The position numbers and the translations under genes were made by a program. Source: an uncultured Saprospiraceae bacterium (GTDB taxonomy: Bacteria > Bacteroidota > Bacteroidia > Chitinophagales > Saprospiraceae). From it: DNA of 64,000 bases. This document shows, in pieces, positions 19,521 to 30,333 of this stretch (its first letter is position 1; every line of letters begins with the position of its first letter). The stretch is from the NCBI GenBank assembly GCA_964550795.1, contig CAZKBH010000020.1, forward strand, positions 8,111-72,110, in the 5' to 3' direction. The notes beneath the pieces were generated by a model that did no database searches, was not told where the DNA came from, and saw only the letters and a list, made by a program, of their open reading frames with translations.

Positions 19521-20063
19521 ATGAAAAATCTATCCAACTCCACCACCCCACACAATCTCCTGCTCAAATTGCATCTGGTATTGACCATGGCCTTGCTCAG
19601 CTTTTCCATGAGTTCCTGCGATCCCGCCGCCTGGGAGGCCCTGGCCGTTGCCATCGAGGAAAGTCAGGCCGCGACCGCGAGTACATCAGCGTCCAGCAAT
19701 GCTACCACCAGTGCTTACCAGTATACCAATACAACGGGTTGCAAAGAGCTGCGTGTCCGGAAAACATACCAGTTCATTGCCCGAAAAACGGTAAGCGGGG
19801 TGACTACCGTGAAGCGCTATGAAGCGCGAACGGAAAACTACCTCATGTATTTGGTAGAATTTGATGCGAATGGCAACATTTTGAAACGTATTGATGCCGG
19901 AGGGGCGCCCATGCCGCAGGGACTTGATTTCCGGGCTGAACTGCGGCAGGAAATGGACTATGTATATGGCTCTGACAATCGGCTGAAATTGGAACAACAA
20001 CATAAAATGGTGCCGCTGTTCTTTTATTGTCAGCCTTGGACGGTGCAGTTGGTGAGTAATTGA
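19521..20063 (+). CDS. Hypothetical lipoprotein
   Basis: 'LVLTMALLSFSMSSC' is a lipobox-like signal. No domain was recognised. Confidence 0.55.
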   Translation: MKNLSNSTTPHNLLLKLHLVLTMALLSFSMSSCDPAAWEALAVAIEESQAATASTSASSNATTSAYQYTNTTGCKELRVRKTYQFIARKTVSGVTTVKRYEARTENYLMYLVEFDANGNILKRIDAGGAPMPQGLDFRAELRQEMDYVYGSDNRLKLEQQHKMVPLFFYCQPWTVQLVSN

Positions 20064-20135
20064 AAATGCAGGAAATCCTCCAAATTTCAAAAACGTCGAA
20101 ATCAAAAACTCTCTAAATACACAATTCTCTAATTC

Positions 20136-21470
20136 ATGAAATTCAACATCATCTCAATCGCACTGACACTAATCCTTTCCTGGAACGGATTGATCGCACA
20201 AACAGAACCAACTTCAACAGCGAAACCGACATTTAGCGCCAATGCATCAGCCAATGCACTCTATGCCGGAAATGTGCCTTTAACCCTAACACAAAAGGCC
20301 GCCAACCGCAATGAGAACGAATTTAGATTAATCGCACAGCGCAATGATTTTTGGGTGTCAGGCCAATCATACTGGAAGGGAACTGACTCTATTTCAAACA
20401 CATACGACAGCCACAGTAACCTGATACAAAGTGTTACGAGGGCCTTTGATGGCTGGATTTGGGATGTAAAAACACGCATTTTAAGGCAGTACAATGTAGA
20501 TAATCGAATCATAGGATCCATTACCCAACAATGGGACGGCGTGGCCTGGGTCAATACCTACCAGAGTATCCTGGAATATGACGCCATCGGAAATCATACC
20601 CTTACTACAAATCAAAACTGGAATAACGGCTCCTGGTTAAATACAAGCAGAACCTCCTTTCAATATGATGGGAGCAACAACCTGACAATACAAACTAACC
20701 AGGTGTGGGAAGCCTCCAATTGGAAGACAACCGGGCGCACAATTTACGAGTACAATTCAAGTAACCAACGAACGCTTTACCTATCACAAAAACCTGTTGG
20801 CAGCAGTTGGGAAAACGAGTTCCAATACACCTATCAATATACAAATGGCGATCTAACGCTTCAAATTTCAAAAAAATGGGAAGGAAATACTTGGGTCAAT
20901 CAAAATCGTTGGGACCGAGAATATGATTCAAATCATAACCATATTTCGACTATACATCAAGATTGGGAAAATTCAGCTTGGGAAAATTCTCTACGGTTTA
21001 CCCTAGAGTATAATGCAAACAATGATCCTGTTGTGCGATCAATACAGGGTTGGTGGGATGCCCAATGGGTTAATTGGTTCCTCACTATTTACGAATACGA
21101 CGAAAATTTCAACCTAAAAACGGAACTTGCGCAGGAGTGGCACAGTGGTGTATTTGTAAACACTAACCGCTACATTTATTACTACGACAGTTTGGTTAGC
21201 ACCAGCGAATCCGGTTTAGAATCTCTTGATATTCAGGTATCCCCCAATCCCTCAAATGGCACTTTTTCCCTCAACGTCCAGGAATTAGAACAACAACCCT
21301 GTCAAGTTTTTCTGTACGACCAACTCGGCCGACAATGCTTCCATCAATCCTGTTCCGGTCTGGCATTGGAAGCAATTGACGGCAGTCATTTGCCCAGTGG
21401 GGTTTATATCCTGCGGGTTGTTGCTTCGGATGGGAAACAAGTGGTGAAGCAGATTCAAATTTCGAGGTAA
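20136..21470 (+). CDS. T9SS-sorted repeat protein (Trp-rich repeats of about 45 aa)
   Basis: Signal 'IALTLILSWNGLIAQ'; repeated 'W.N..R..YEYD..N' units; C-terminal 'VSPNPSNGTFSLNV...GVYILRVV' T9SS sorting domain. Confidence 0.7.
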   Translation: MKFNIISIALTLILSWNGLIAQTEPTSTAKPTFSANASANALYAGNVPLTLTQKAANRNENEFRLIAQRNDFWVSGQSYWKGTDSISNTYDSHSNLIQSVTRAFDGWIWDVKTRILRQYNVDNRIIGSITQQWDGVAWVNTYQSILEYDAIGNHTLTTNQNWNNGSWLNTSRTSFQYDGSNNLTIQTNQVWEASNWKTTGRTIYEYNSSNQRTLYLSQKPVGSSWENEFQYTYQYTNGDLTLQISKKWEGNTWVNQNRWDREYDSNHNHISTIHQDWENSAWENSLRFTLEYNANNDPVVRSIQGWWDAQWVNWFLTIYEYDENFNLKTELAQEWHSGVFVNTNRYIYYYDSLVSTSESGLESLDIQVSPNPSNGTFSLNVQELEQQPCQVFLYDQLGRQCFHQSCSGLALEAIDGSHLPSGVYILRVVASDGKQVVKQIQISR

Positions 21471-21694
21471 AATTTTCAGCCGATAAAAATTCAGCGGAAA
21501 TCAAAAGCTTGCATAGGATTTAACCCCAAAAAAAACGGGATTCTCGAAACGAGAGCAATCGCCTGAATGGTGGTTGCTTTTATTTGTGCGGGTGGAGTGT
21601 AAATTCGGTTGGATTTTTGTGGGCGGCTTGGCTGTTTGGGGGAAGGGGTTTTATCTTGCTGGCTTGTTATTCATCTTTTAAATATTTTTGGATT

Positions 21695-24600
21695 ATGCGT
21701 ACTGTAGTTTTAATTTTGGTGGGGTTTTTTATAATTTTAGGGAGTACTCTTGTGATGGGGCAGGTGGAAGGGGATACGCTGGGGCTGACGGGGACGATGG
21801 CGGACACGGTGGTGGCGAATCAGTTTTTGAATGAAGCGATTGAACTAAACAAGCAAGGGGGATATGAAGAGGCTTTTGTTAAGGCGGATAGTGCAGAGCA
21901 ATTATTTGTTTCTATAATAGGAACGGAGAGTAAAGAGGTGGCAGATGCGCTACACCAAAAAGGGACCTCCCTGTTTTTGAGCAGAAGGTATGAGGATGCA
22001 ATAGCTTCTTATTCGAAGTCTCTTTTAATTCGAACAAAAGTGACTGGAATATTAAACCCTGACGCAGCCGCATCCTATAATAATATTGGTATTTGCTACA
22101 GAAAAATTGGAAACTACAAAAGAGCGATAGAATCTCATAATGAGGCGCTAATCATCAGAACAAACACCCCCAAAATAGAAGAAAAGGATTTGTCTGCAAC
22201 TTATAATAATTTAGGGTTAACATATGTTGATATTTCAGAGTATGATACTGCTGTTGGTCTATTAAAAAAAGCTCTTGAAATCAATTTAAAAGTGTTTGGT
22301 TCAGAATCTAATGAGGTGTCAAACATATTCAATAATTTAGGATTGGCTTATAGTGGAATCGAGCAATATGATAATGCACTGGATTGTTTTAGTAAAGGAC
22401 TTAAAATACGCATAAAAATTTTAGGGCCAGAACACCAGAGCGTCGCCATGTCCTATAATAATATCGGAACCATATTCGGCGATAAAGGCGATTATAAATC
22501 AGCACTGTATTACCAGCAGAAATCTCTGGATATTCGCCTAAAAGTTTTAGGCCCCACACATTTAGATGTAGCAATGTCTTTTGGAAACATAGGGAATATA
22601 TACTATTCTATAAGAGAACTTGAAAAATCTCTTGAATATCAAAATAAGTCCTTAATGATTCTTTTGCAAAACCTTAATCCGGAACATCCTGAAATATCGA
22701 AGGTTCTAAACAATCTTGGTAATACATATGAAGAAATGGGCGATTACGAAAAATCATTATTCTGCCTCGAAAAGGCACTAAAAATAAAGCAAAATATTTT
22801 CGGGCCAGAGAGTCCAGATGTTGCTATAACGTTAGATAATTTAGGCGTTTTATATAGAGTAAAAGGTGAATCTGAGAAAGCTCTCCAATGTTTCGAGAAT
22901 GCTTTGAATATTCAGACAAAGGCCTTTGGACCAGACCACCCGGATAACGCTATGTCGATACATAATATGGCAAGCATTTATGATGATAGAAGAGAATATA
23001 GTAAGGCAATTGATTTGCATCTGAAGGCTCTAAATATTAATACTAGAACCAGAGGGAAAGACAACTCAGACATAGCATCTTCTTATCGAGATATTGGACT
23101 CGCTCTAAAAAAACAGGGTAAATATCTAGAAGCTATTAAATTTTATGAAATGACTCTATCCATCTGTAGGCCCGATCCAATTAACAATGAAAAAATATAC
23201 CCATTTGAACAATTTCTGAAGAGCATAATTGAATTAAGCGAGATATACAAAATACAGTTTATAGAGATAAAGAGCCCAAATCTACTTAACAAGAGTCTAA
23301 ATTATTGTGTAGATGGACTAAATGCCATTGTAAATGGTCGATATTTATTTGCCAGTGAAACATCAAAATCCTTTCACCTCTCCAAAAACTACCCCATCTA
23401 CGAACAAGCCATCTCTGTCTCCCTCCTAAAAGCCGAAGTAGACCATAACGACACCCTCCGCCAAAACACCTTCAGCTACGCCGAAAAAAGCAAAGCCTCC
23501 CTGCTCCAAGCCCAGATCAAAGCCGCCGACGCCATCAACTTTTCCGGCATCCCAGATTCCCTGCTCCAAAAGGAATACAAGCTCCGCGTCGACATCACCT
23601 GGCACGAAAAACAACGCCAATCCCTACTCGACCAAGGCCTCTCCGAAACCGATACCAACACCCTCCGCATCTCCAGCATCATTTTTGACCTAAAACGAAA
23701 CTACGAAACCCTCAAACAACGCTTCGAAACCGAGTATCCCGAATATTACCGCCTAAAATACGACCTCTCCACTGTCTCGCTCCAATACGTGCAAGACACC
23801 CTGCTCGAATCCCCAAACCAGGCCCTGCTCGAATACTTCGTCGGCGACAGCAGCATCTTCCTCTTTGTCGTCCGGCCGGATACCATGATCGTCGAGGAGG
23901 TCAAGCGCGATTTCCCGCTCGAAGACTGGATCCAAGGGCTGCGCCACGGGTTATACGGTTACTATACCGCTGAAAAATTGATTCAAACAGATTCCCTCAA
24001 GGCCGATGCACGAAGCAAATACCTGGAATTCGCCCCCAAACTCTACGAAAAACTCGTCGCCCCGGTAGCACAATACCTGCCCGAAAAAGTCATCCTGGTA
24101 CCCGATGGCCCGCTGGGATATGTGCCCTTCGATGCCTTGCTCACAGGCGCACCCGAGGACCTGAACAATTTCAAATCCTACCCCTATCTCCTTCAAAAAC
24201 ACCAGTTTAGCTATACTTATTCCGCCACGCTGCTGCGCGAAATGCGGGACAAAAAACACCGCCAGGAACCGGAAAAAGACTTCATTGCCTTTGCCCCTTT
24301 CTACAACGGCGATACCACACTGCTGGCCAGTATGTATGCCTACGACGAGCTGATGCGCAAGGACCTCCAGCCGCTCGCTTATTCCGGACCAGAAGTAGCA
24401 GCCGCGTCTAAACTCATGCGCGGTGAAACCATAGCTGGCGCTGCCGCCACGGAGGAAAGATTCATCAGCATGGCCAGTGATTACCGCATCATTCACCTCG
24501 CCACCCACGGCCGTGCCGACAATCGTGTGGGCGATTACGCTTTCCTCGCTTTCACCGAAATAAAGGACAGTATCGAAAACGAGCTGCTCTATGTCAAAGA

Positions 24601-24937
24601 CTTATACAACCTCTCCCTCAACGCCGACCTCGTGGTGCTCTCCGCCTGCGAAACCGGCATCGGCAAATTGCAGCGTGGAGAGGGCATTATCTCCCTCGCC
24701 CGGGCATTCGCCTACGCGGGCGCCAAGAGCATCGTGACCAGTTTGTGGAGCGTGAATGATAAAAGCACCTCTGAGTTGATGCGCTTTTTCTACCGGGAAT
24801 TGAAACGTGGAAAAGACAAAGACGAAGCCCTGCGTTTGGCGCGACTGCGCTTCTTGAAGGAGTCGTCGGTGCGGAATAGTCACCCGTTTTTCTGGGCGGC
24901 TTTTGTGCCGATAGGGGATATGCGGCCTGTAAAATAA
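21695..24937 (+). CDS. TPR-repeat CHAT-domain protein, paralogue 2
   Basis: Preferred start is ATG 21695 ('MRTVVLILVGFFIILGSTLVMGQ'). KLC-type TPR units 'YNNLG..Y...G.Y..A'. CHAT motifs 'IIHLATHGRADN' and 'LVVLSACETGIGK'. Confidence 0.85.
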   Translation: MRTVVLILVGFFIILGSTLVMGQVEGDTLGLTGTMADTVVANQFLNEAIELNKQGGYEEAFVKADSAEQLFVSIIGTESKEVADALHQKGTSLFLSRRYEDAIASYSKSLLIRTKVTGILNPDAAASYNNIGICYRKIGNYKRAIESHNEALIIRTNTPKIEEKDLSATYNNLGLTYVDISEYDTAVGLLKKALEINLKVFGSESNEVSNIFNNLGLAYSGIEQYDNALDCFSKGLKIRIKILGPEHQSVAMSYNNIGTIFGDKGDYKSALYYQQKSLDIRLKVLGPTHLDVAMSFGNIGNIYYSIRELEKSLEYQNKSLMILLQNLNPEHPEISKVLNNLGNTYEEMGDYEKSLFCLEKALKIKQNIFGPESPDVAITLDNLGVLYRVKGESEKALQCFENALNIQTKAFGPDHPDNAMSIHNMASIYDDRREYSKAIDLHLKALNINTRTRGKDNSDIASSYRDIGLALKKQGKYLEAIKFYEMTLSICRPDPINNEKIYPFEQFLKSIIELSEIYKIQFIEIKSPNLLNKSLNYCVDGLNAIVNGRYLFASETSKSFHLSKNYPIYEQAISVSLLKAEVDHNDTLRQNTFSYAEKSKASLLQAQIKAADAINFSGIPDSLLQKEYKLRVDITWHEKQRQSLLDQGLSETDTNTLRISSIIFDLKRNYETLKQRFETEYPEYYRLKYDLSTVSLQYVQDTLLESPNQALLEYFVGDSSIFLFVVRPDTMIVEEVKRDFPLEDWIQGLRHGLYGYYTAEKLIQTDSLKADARSKYLEFAPKLYEKLVAPVAQYLPEKVILVPDGPLGYVPFDALLTGAPEDLNNFKSYPYLLQKHQFSYTYSATLLREMRDKKHRQEPEKDFIAFAPFYNGDTTLLASMYAYDELMRKDLQPLAYSGPEVAAASKLMRGETIAGAAATEERFISMASDYRIIHLATHGRADNRVGDYAFLAFTEIKDSIENELLYVKDLYNLSLNADLVVLSACETGIGKLQRGEGIISLARAFAYAGAKSIVTSLWSVNDKSTSELMRFFYRELKRGKDKDEALRLARLRFLKESSVRNSHPFFWAAFVPIGDMRPVK

Positions 24938-25067
24938 AGGTTGATGGCACGCGGATAACGCGGATAACGCGGATAAATTTCAATTTCCCACAGAACAACC
25001 TTACCCCTCCATTCCGCCCGGCAATAACGGTTATCAATGCAATCTTTCACATCAAAAAAGAAACATC

Positions 25068-26702
25068 ATGACAACCGTATCGTCCAACACTCCTTTTATC
25101 AAAAAAGCTCGCCTTCTTTCCATTTTGGGGGCAGTATGTTTGGTTTTGAGTCTGCTTTCCTGTAAAAAAGACCCTATTTCTGAAGAAAATAACCCTTCCG
25201 GGCCTGGCACCGAAAACACGATGACAACCGGCTGGCTGGGCAATGAAAACAATGCTACCATTCCAAATGATCCCTTGTTTTTCAGTGGTGGCACAGCGTC
25301 GTACATTGACCTTTCGCCTTTTATGCCATTGGTTAGGGATCAGGGCCAAACCGGCACCTGTGTAGCCTGGGCTTGTGGTTATTATCAACGAACCGCGCTG
25401 CGCGCCATTGACAAAAATTACTCGCCCAGCCAGATCAATAGCACCAGCAGACAGTATAGTCCCAAAGATCTTTTTTGGGCGCTCCCTACCAAGGGCGATA
25501 ATTGCGATGGCGCCTTATTTGAGCATGCGCTGAACACCCTGCAACAAAGGGGCGTGGCCACAATGCAAACGGTCCCTTATCAAAATCTGGGTGATTGCAG
25601 CCAACAACCATTGGTATCCTGGACGGATGAGGCCGCTGCTGCTAAAATCAGTTATTTCCGTGATTTGCCCGTGACGGTGAGCGCCATGAAAGCTAAATTG
25701 TCTGAAAAACGTCCGCTTGTTTTTGGTGCCATGGTCACAACGGGTTTTCAGGCATGGAGAGGCAGCGGTATCATGCAGAAAAATGATTTGTACGGCGCCG
25801 GACTTGGGGGACACGCGATGACCATTGTGGGGTATGACGATGCCAAAGGGGCCTTCCGAATTGTCAATTCCTGGGGCGCTGACTGGGGGGATGAAGGGTA
25901 TGCCTGGATTGATTATGATCTTATGACCGATCCTCAGTTTAACAAATGTGTGTTCTCGGCTTATCTGGATCAGGACAACGAACCAGTTAATCCGCCTCCT
26001 TCCGGCAATACAGTAGATGTGGCGGTAAATAAACTGAGCGATGTAGATGACCCCGATTATACCAACCCGCTTAGGCGCATCATCCGTTACAATGTAAAAA
26101 ATAACGGCAGTAAAATCATTAAGTCCACCAAAGACTGGGATATTGCCTATTTGTACGTAAATGCCTACGATGTAACGGATTATCAGGTTATTGTACACCG
26201 CTATATCACAGATGATTATAGCGGCTTGGAAGGTGAACAAGGCCCCAATCCCAATGGAATTGGTCTCTCTTCCAACCGCTGGTACAATGCGTCTCTGGAA
26301 TCTGGTGAGACCTTGGCTGAGGCTATGTTTGATGCCAGCAGTACCAGCGTAATTAAAGCCTCCTTTACAATGCCAAACATCACAGGATACTACTATATGG
26401 TAATGATCGCGGATCCATTTGAAAAACTCGAGGATGCCAATTTGGCCAACAATACCTGGTTTCTGGTGGGTGCTGATGGCGGACCGATCTATTTCTCCAA
26501 TGGCGTGGGACAAGGATTTACTTCTGGCGAAGCAGAGGAGCGCAGTGCTGATTCCAACCCACATACCCCTGTAAATAAGCAACATCCGAACGCCTATCGT
26601 CCGAAGGAGATCCGTAAGTTTTTACAGCAGGAGTACCGCGCTGGTAAAATTCAAAAAGGACCCAATCAAGATACCGCTGCTGACCAGGTGAGTGGACAGT
26701 AA
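25068..26702 (+). CDS. C1 (papain-like) cysteine peptidase lipoprotein with C-terminal extension
   Basis: Lipobox 'LVLSLLSC'; catalytic contexts 'DQGQTGTCVAWACGYY' (Cys), 'GGHAMTIVGYDD' (His), 'RIVNSWGADWGDEGYAWI' (Asn/Trp). Confidence 0.8.
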   Translation: MTTVSSNTPFIKKARLLSILGAVCLVLSLLSCKKDPISEENNPSGPGTENTMTTGWLGNENNATIPNDPLFFSGGTASYIDLSPFMPLVRDQGQTGTCVAWACGYYQRTALRAIDKNYSPSQINSTSRQYSPKDLFWALPTKGDNCDGALFEHALNTLQQRGVATMQTVPYQNLGDCSQQPLVSWTDEAAAAKISYFRDLPVTVSAMKAKLSEKRPLVFGAMVTTGFQAWRGSGIMQKNDLYGAGLGGHAMTIVGYDDAKGAFRIVNSWGADWGDEGYAWIDYDLMTDPQFNKCVFSAYLDQDNEPVNPPPSGNTVDVAVNKLSDVDDPDYTNPLRRIIRYNVKNNGSKIIKSTKDWDIAYLYVNAYDVTDYQVIVHRYITDDYSGLEGEQGPNPNGIGLSSNRWYNASLESGETLAEAMFDASSTSVIKASFTMPNITGYYYMVMIADPFEKLEDANLANNTWFLVGADGGPIYFSNGVGQGFTSGEAEERSADSNPHTPVNKQHPNAYRPKEIRKFLQQEYRAGKIQKGPNQDTAADQVSGQ

Positions 26703-26763
26703 TTTTTTTCTAAAAATAATGCCCGCCTGCTTGGTTACGCCATGGGGCGGGTGTTATTTTTGA
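26703..26763 (+). terminator. Terminator-like hairpin element, copy 1 (repeated at 32398-32457)
   Basis: tttttttctaaaaataatGCCCGCCtgcttggttacgccatggGGCGGGtgttattttt: a GC stem followed by a T-run. It is nearly identical to the second copy. Confidence 0.6.
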
Positions 26764-26808
26764 GGATTCTAACTTTCCACTATTTCTTAAAGCTATCATT
26801 TTTCTTAA

Positions 26809-29800
26809 ATGCGAAACTTCCTTACTGCCGTTTTAATTAGTATTCTGACACTGCTACAGAATTATTCTGTCGGTCAAAATTCCGTCAACATGTCTCTGGC
26901 CGATTCAAGCTCGGTACAATTGGCCTTGCGATTTACGGACACACTGCTTCTTGGGGGCGATCATTCCAATGCCATAACATTGGCTCAACGTATCCTGGAT
27001 CATTGTCAAACCAACGCGGATACCACCGGACGAAACTATAAGGCAGGATTGGAAAAGATGGGGCTTGGTCACTATTATTTGGGGAATTACCCCTTAGCAG
27101 TCCAATTGTACCGGCATGCTTTAAGCTTATACAGCATAACAGAAAGGGAGGCGAATGCTGCTGCTTATGCTGCCACTCAATATCGGGTAGGCTTGGCGTA
27201 CCACTATCTTGGCCAAAATGATTCCGCTTTAGTCTGGCATATGGCGGCTTTGCACGGGCGCGAAGCAATTCAACCCATTGATTCTAATAGCCTTGCAAGT
27301 AGCTACAATGGTATTGGAATGGCGTTCGACGCAACGGACCAACCTGATCAAGCATTAGAGTGGTATGGAAAAGCCACGAAAACCTGGAAGTCGGTCAAGG
27401 GTTACTGGAATAGAAATACCGCTAATGGATACAATAATATTGGCATTACATACCATACCATAGGCCGCTACGAAGAGGCTTTGAAATACAAGTTAGAAGC
27501 ATTACGCATCCGCCAGAAGATCTTGGGGCCTGACGAATATGATACTGGCGCTTCGTGGTTAAATCTTGGGGCAACTTATCATGCAATCGGTCAGCTTGAT
27601 AAAAGTGCAAATGCTTTAGCCGAAGCGTATCGAATCTGGTCTCGGATTTTGCCTCCCGAGCATCCAAATCTCGCTTTATTAATGGATAATACAGGTATCA
27701 CATTGATGGATATGGGGGACTTTACAAACGCGGAAAAATGGTTAAAAGACGCCTTGAAATCGAGGCTGGATAATTATGGATATGATTCACCGGAAACCTG
27801 CAAACCCCTCACAAATTTAGGAGTGCTTGCCGGTAAAACGGCCGACTATTCTGCTGCCATTGACTATCAATTGAAAGCGACCTATCTATTCCAAAAATCA
27901 GCGGGAAATGAGTACGAGTTGATGGTGGCTTATAGCAACATCGGAGTCTTTTATTCTGATTTAGAGGAACATCAAAATGCTTTACTTTGGTTAGAAAAGG
28001 CCTTGGAATTGAGCAATAAAATCGAATCCGTCCGCAAAGATATGATTACAGACATTTACTACAACATGGGAATAGCTTTTCAAGGTTTACAACTTTTTGA
28101 CAAAGCGCTCGAATATAAACAAAGAGCTCATAATGAAGCATTAATCGCACTGGGGGATACCAATACACATTACATCAATTACACTGAAGGTCTTGGCCGT
28201 TACTATCGGGACACCAAAGATTACGATAAAGCATCAAACTATTTTGAAAAAGCACTCCAACTCCGTGCCAAACAGGCTGGATTAATGAGTATGAACTATG
28301 CAATGGTGATGCTTGAAATTGCTCAGGTTAAACTATTGGCGGACGAAATTGAACATATTTTACCGTTGTTACAACATGTAGAATATATTGTCCACTACCA
28401 TAATCCAAATGGAGCCTCCAGTGATTTGCGTACCTGGATGAGGATCAAGTATTTATACGCCCAATATTTTCAATCTCGATATGAGTTGGACAAGCGTCTG
28501 GAAGATTATGAACAGGCTGCTGTGCTATATAATGGCATGCGCGATACCTTTTTGCTCCACTTATCAGACATGAATGGTGTTGAGTCCTGGAGATACTGGA
28601 CAAACTTTATCTACCCAGCTTTTGGTGATGCTATCAAGCTTTATACAGAGCAATACCTGCACAACCACCAAAAAGAAAGTGTTGCTCAAGCATGGTTGTT
28701 TTCGGAATCTGCAAAATCTCTACTTCTCTTAAAAGCAATAAACGATGAAAAGGTCGTTAATTTTAACGGCATCCCTGATTCCATAATTACTCAAGAACGC
28801 CTGTATCGCGTACAAATCACTTTTTTAGAAAAATTAAGACAGGAGATGATTGCCTCTGGAAAAATTGAGCAGGACAGTCTGGTATTGTCCGTGTCAAGTC
28901 AAATTACAGATTATCGGCAAAAAGTAATCCAAGTGCGAGATCAACTCAACCAACATGCGTCGCAATATGTCAGCTTGCGTTACAACCTCAATCAAATCCC
29001 TCTGCTTCGGGTTAGCGAAACCTTGGTGGGGAAAAATCAGGCCCTCCTCGAATACTTCGTCGGCGACAGCAGCATTTTCCTATTCGTAGTCCGGCCAGAT
29101 ACCATGATCGTCCAAGAAGTCAAGCGTGACTTCCCACTCGAAGAATGGATTGAAGGGCTGCGTTACGGAATATACGGTCACTACGCTGCCGACAAAGCGA
29201 TCCAAACAGATTCGCTTAAAGCCGACGCCAAGCGCCATTACCTCGAATTTGCCCCTAAACTATACCAAAAACTCGTCGCCCCGGTGGCACAACACCTACC
29301 CGAAAAAGTCATTCTGGTACCCGATGGGCCACTGGGTTATGTACCCTTTGATGCCTTGCTTGAAAGTCTCCCTCAATACGAAGACGATTTTAAAAGCTAT
29401 CCCTATTTGCTCAAAAAATATCAGTTCAGTTATACCTATTCTGCCACCCTTCTGCGGGAAATGAACAACAAAAAGCACCGCCAAGCACCGCCAAAGCCTT
29501 TCCTTGGCTTCGCACCTTTCTTTACAGGCGATCAGCTCGCTTTTGAGCAAGAATATGGCGACGTATTGCGAAAAGGATTTGCCCCTTTGCCATACACCAG
29601 GGAAGAAGTTGGCCTAGCACGCAAAAAAATGGGCGGCGATGTTGTTGTTGGCCAAAGTGCCACCGAAGAACAATTCTTAGAAATTGCCAGCCAGTATAGC
29701 ATTATCCACTTGGCTACACATGGCGTAGCCGACAATCGCGTGGGTGATTACGCTTATCTCGTTTTTGGCGATCATCCAGACAGCTTTGGGTATGAGTTGC

Positions 29801-30150
29801 TTTATATTAAAGACTTGTACAACCTCTCCCTCAACGCTGACCTCGTGGTGCTTTCTGCTTGTGAGACCGGAATCGGCAAACTTCAGCGCGGTGAAGGGAT
29901 CATATCTCTAGCACGCGCATTCGCCTATGCGGGGGCTAAGAGCATGGTCACCTCGCTTTGGAGCGTCAGCAATAAAAGCACTTCGGAACTTATGGCCTTG
30001 TTTTATGATGAATTAGCCCTAGGCAAAGAAAAAGATGCCGCCCTGCGGGAGGCAAGGCTGCGCTATATTAAAAATGCCTCAGTTAAGAATAGTCACCCGT
30101 TTTTCTGGGCGGCCTTTGTGCCGATAGGAGATATGCGGCCGGTACGATAG
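26809..30150 (+). CDS. TPR-repeat CHAT-domain protein, paralogue 3
   Basis: N-terminus 'MRNFLTAVLISILTLLQNYSVGQ'; TPR units; 'IIHLATHGVADN', 'LVVLSACETGIGK', 'HPFFWAAFVPIGD'. Confidence 0.85.
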   Translation: MRNFLTAVLISILTLLQNYSVGQNSVNMSLADSSSVQLALRFTDTLLLGGDHSNAITLAQRILDHCQTNADTTGRNYKAGLEKMGLGHYYLGNYPLAVQLYRHALSLYSITEREANAAAYAATQYRVGLAYHYLGQNDSALVWHMAALHGREAIQPIDSNSLASSYNGIGMAFDATDQPDQALEWYGKATKTWKSVKGYWNRNTANGYNNIGITYHTIGRYEEALKYKLEALRIRQKILGPDEYDTGASWLNLGATYHAIGQLDKSANALAEAYRIWSRILPPEHPNLALLMDNTGITLMDMGDFTNAEKWLKDALKSRLDNYGYDSPETCKPLTNLGVLAGKTADYSAAIDYQLKATYLFQKSAGNEYELMVAYSNIGVFYSDLEEHQNALLWLEKALELSNKIESVRKDMITDIYYNMGIAFQGLQLFDKALEYKQRAHNEALIALGDTNTHYINYTEGLGRYYRDTKDYDKASNYFEKALQLRAKQAGLMSMNYAMVMLEIAQVKLLADEIEHILPLLQHVEYIVHYHNPNGASSDLRTWMRIKYLYAQYFQSRYELDKRLEDYEQAAVLYNGMRDTFLLHLSDMNGVESWRYWTNFIYPAFGDAIKLYTEQYLHNHQKESVAQAWLFSESAKSLLLLKAINDEKVVNFNGIPDSIITQERLYRVQITFLEKLRQEMIASGKIEQDSLVLSVSSQITDYRQKVIQVRDQLNQHASQYVSLRYNLNQIPLLRVSETLVGKNQALLEYFVGDSSIFLFVVRPDTMIVQEVKRDFPLEEWIEGLRYGIYGHYAADKAIQTDSLKADAKRHYLEFAPKLYQKLVAPVAQHLPEKVILVPDGPLGYVPFDALLESLPQYEDDFKSYPYLLKKYQFSYTYSATLLREMNNKKHRQAPPKPFLGFAPFFTGDQLAFEQEYGDVLRKGFAPLPYTREEVGLARKKMGGDVVVGQSATEEQFLEIASQYSIIHLATHGVADNRVGDYAYLVFGDHPDSFGYELLYIKDLYNLSLNADLVVLSACETGIGKLQRGEGIISLARAFAYAGAKSMVTSLWSVSNKSTSELMALFYDELALGKEKDAALREARLRYIKNASVKNSHPFFWAAFVPIGDMRPVR

Positions 30151-30333
30151 CCCGCATTGAACCGATGAATTATTGAAACGCCTGCTGTGCTTGATGCATG
30201 GTGGGCGTTTTAATTTGTTGGTTATCAATGGTTTTGAAAAATTTATTATTGGTTTTTTTGAAACAACCTTACTAGGTCAAAGATTGCGGCAATAAGTGGT
30301 AGAATCTTTTCACTCACACTTAAAATTGAAGAA

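Noticed and set aside
21584-21694. 5' extensions of ORFs (CHAT-2 from 21584, CHAT-4 from 32370, CHAT-1 from 11685, rpoA from 59107, rpsE from 53271, rplW from 45354, lipoprotein from 8686)
   Set aside because: Internal ATGs give canonical N-termini (signal peptides or conserved ribosomal and RpoA starts). The extensions cross terminator-like or repeat elements or use non-ATG codons.
23426-24883. Minus-strand ORFs of 64-185 codons inside CHAT-2 (similar ones lie inside CHAT-3 and CHAT-4)
   Set aside because: They are antisense to conserved CHAT coding sequence. They recur in the paralogues only because the sense sequence is conserved.
24950-24976. Three tandem copies of the 9-mer CGCGGATAA just after the CHAT-2 stop
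   Set aside because: The repeat is real but tiny. It has no partner arm or obvious structure, so it is not enough to propose a function.
25515-26585. 356-codon ORF on the minus strand
   Set aside because: It is entirely antisense to the C1 peptidase gene, which has clear catalytic motifs. It has no motifs of its own and an unusual composition, so it is most likely a shadow ORF.
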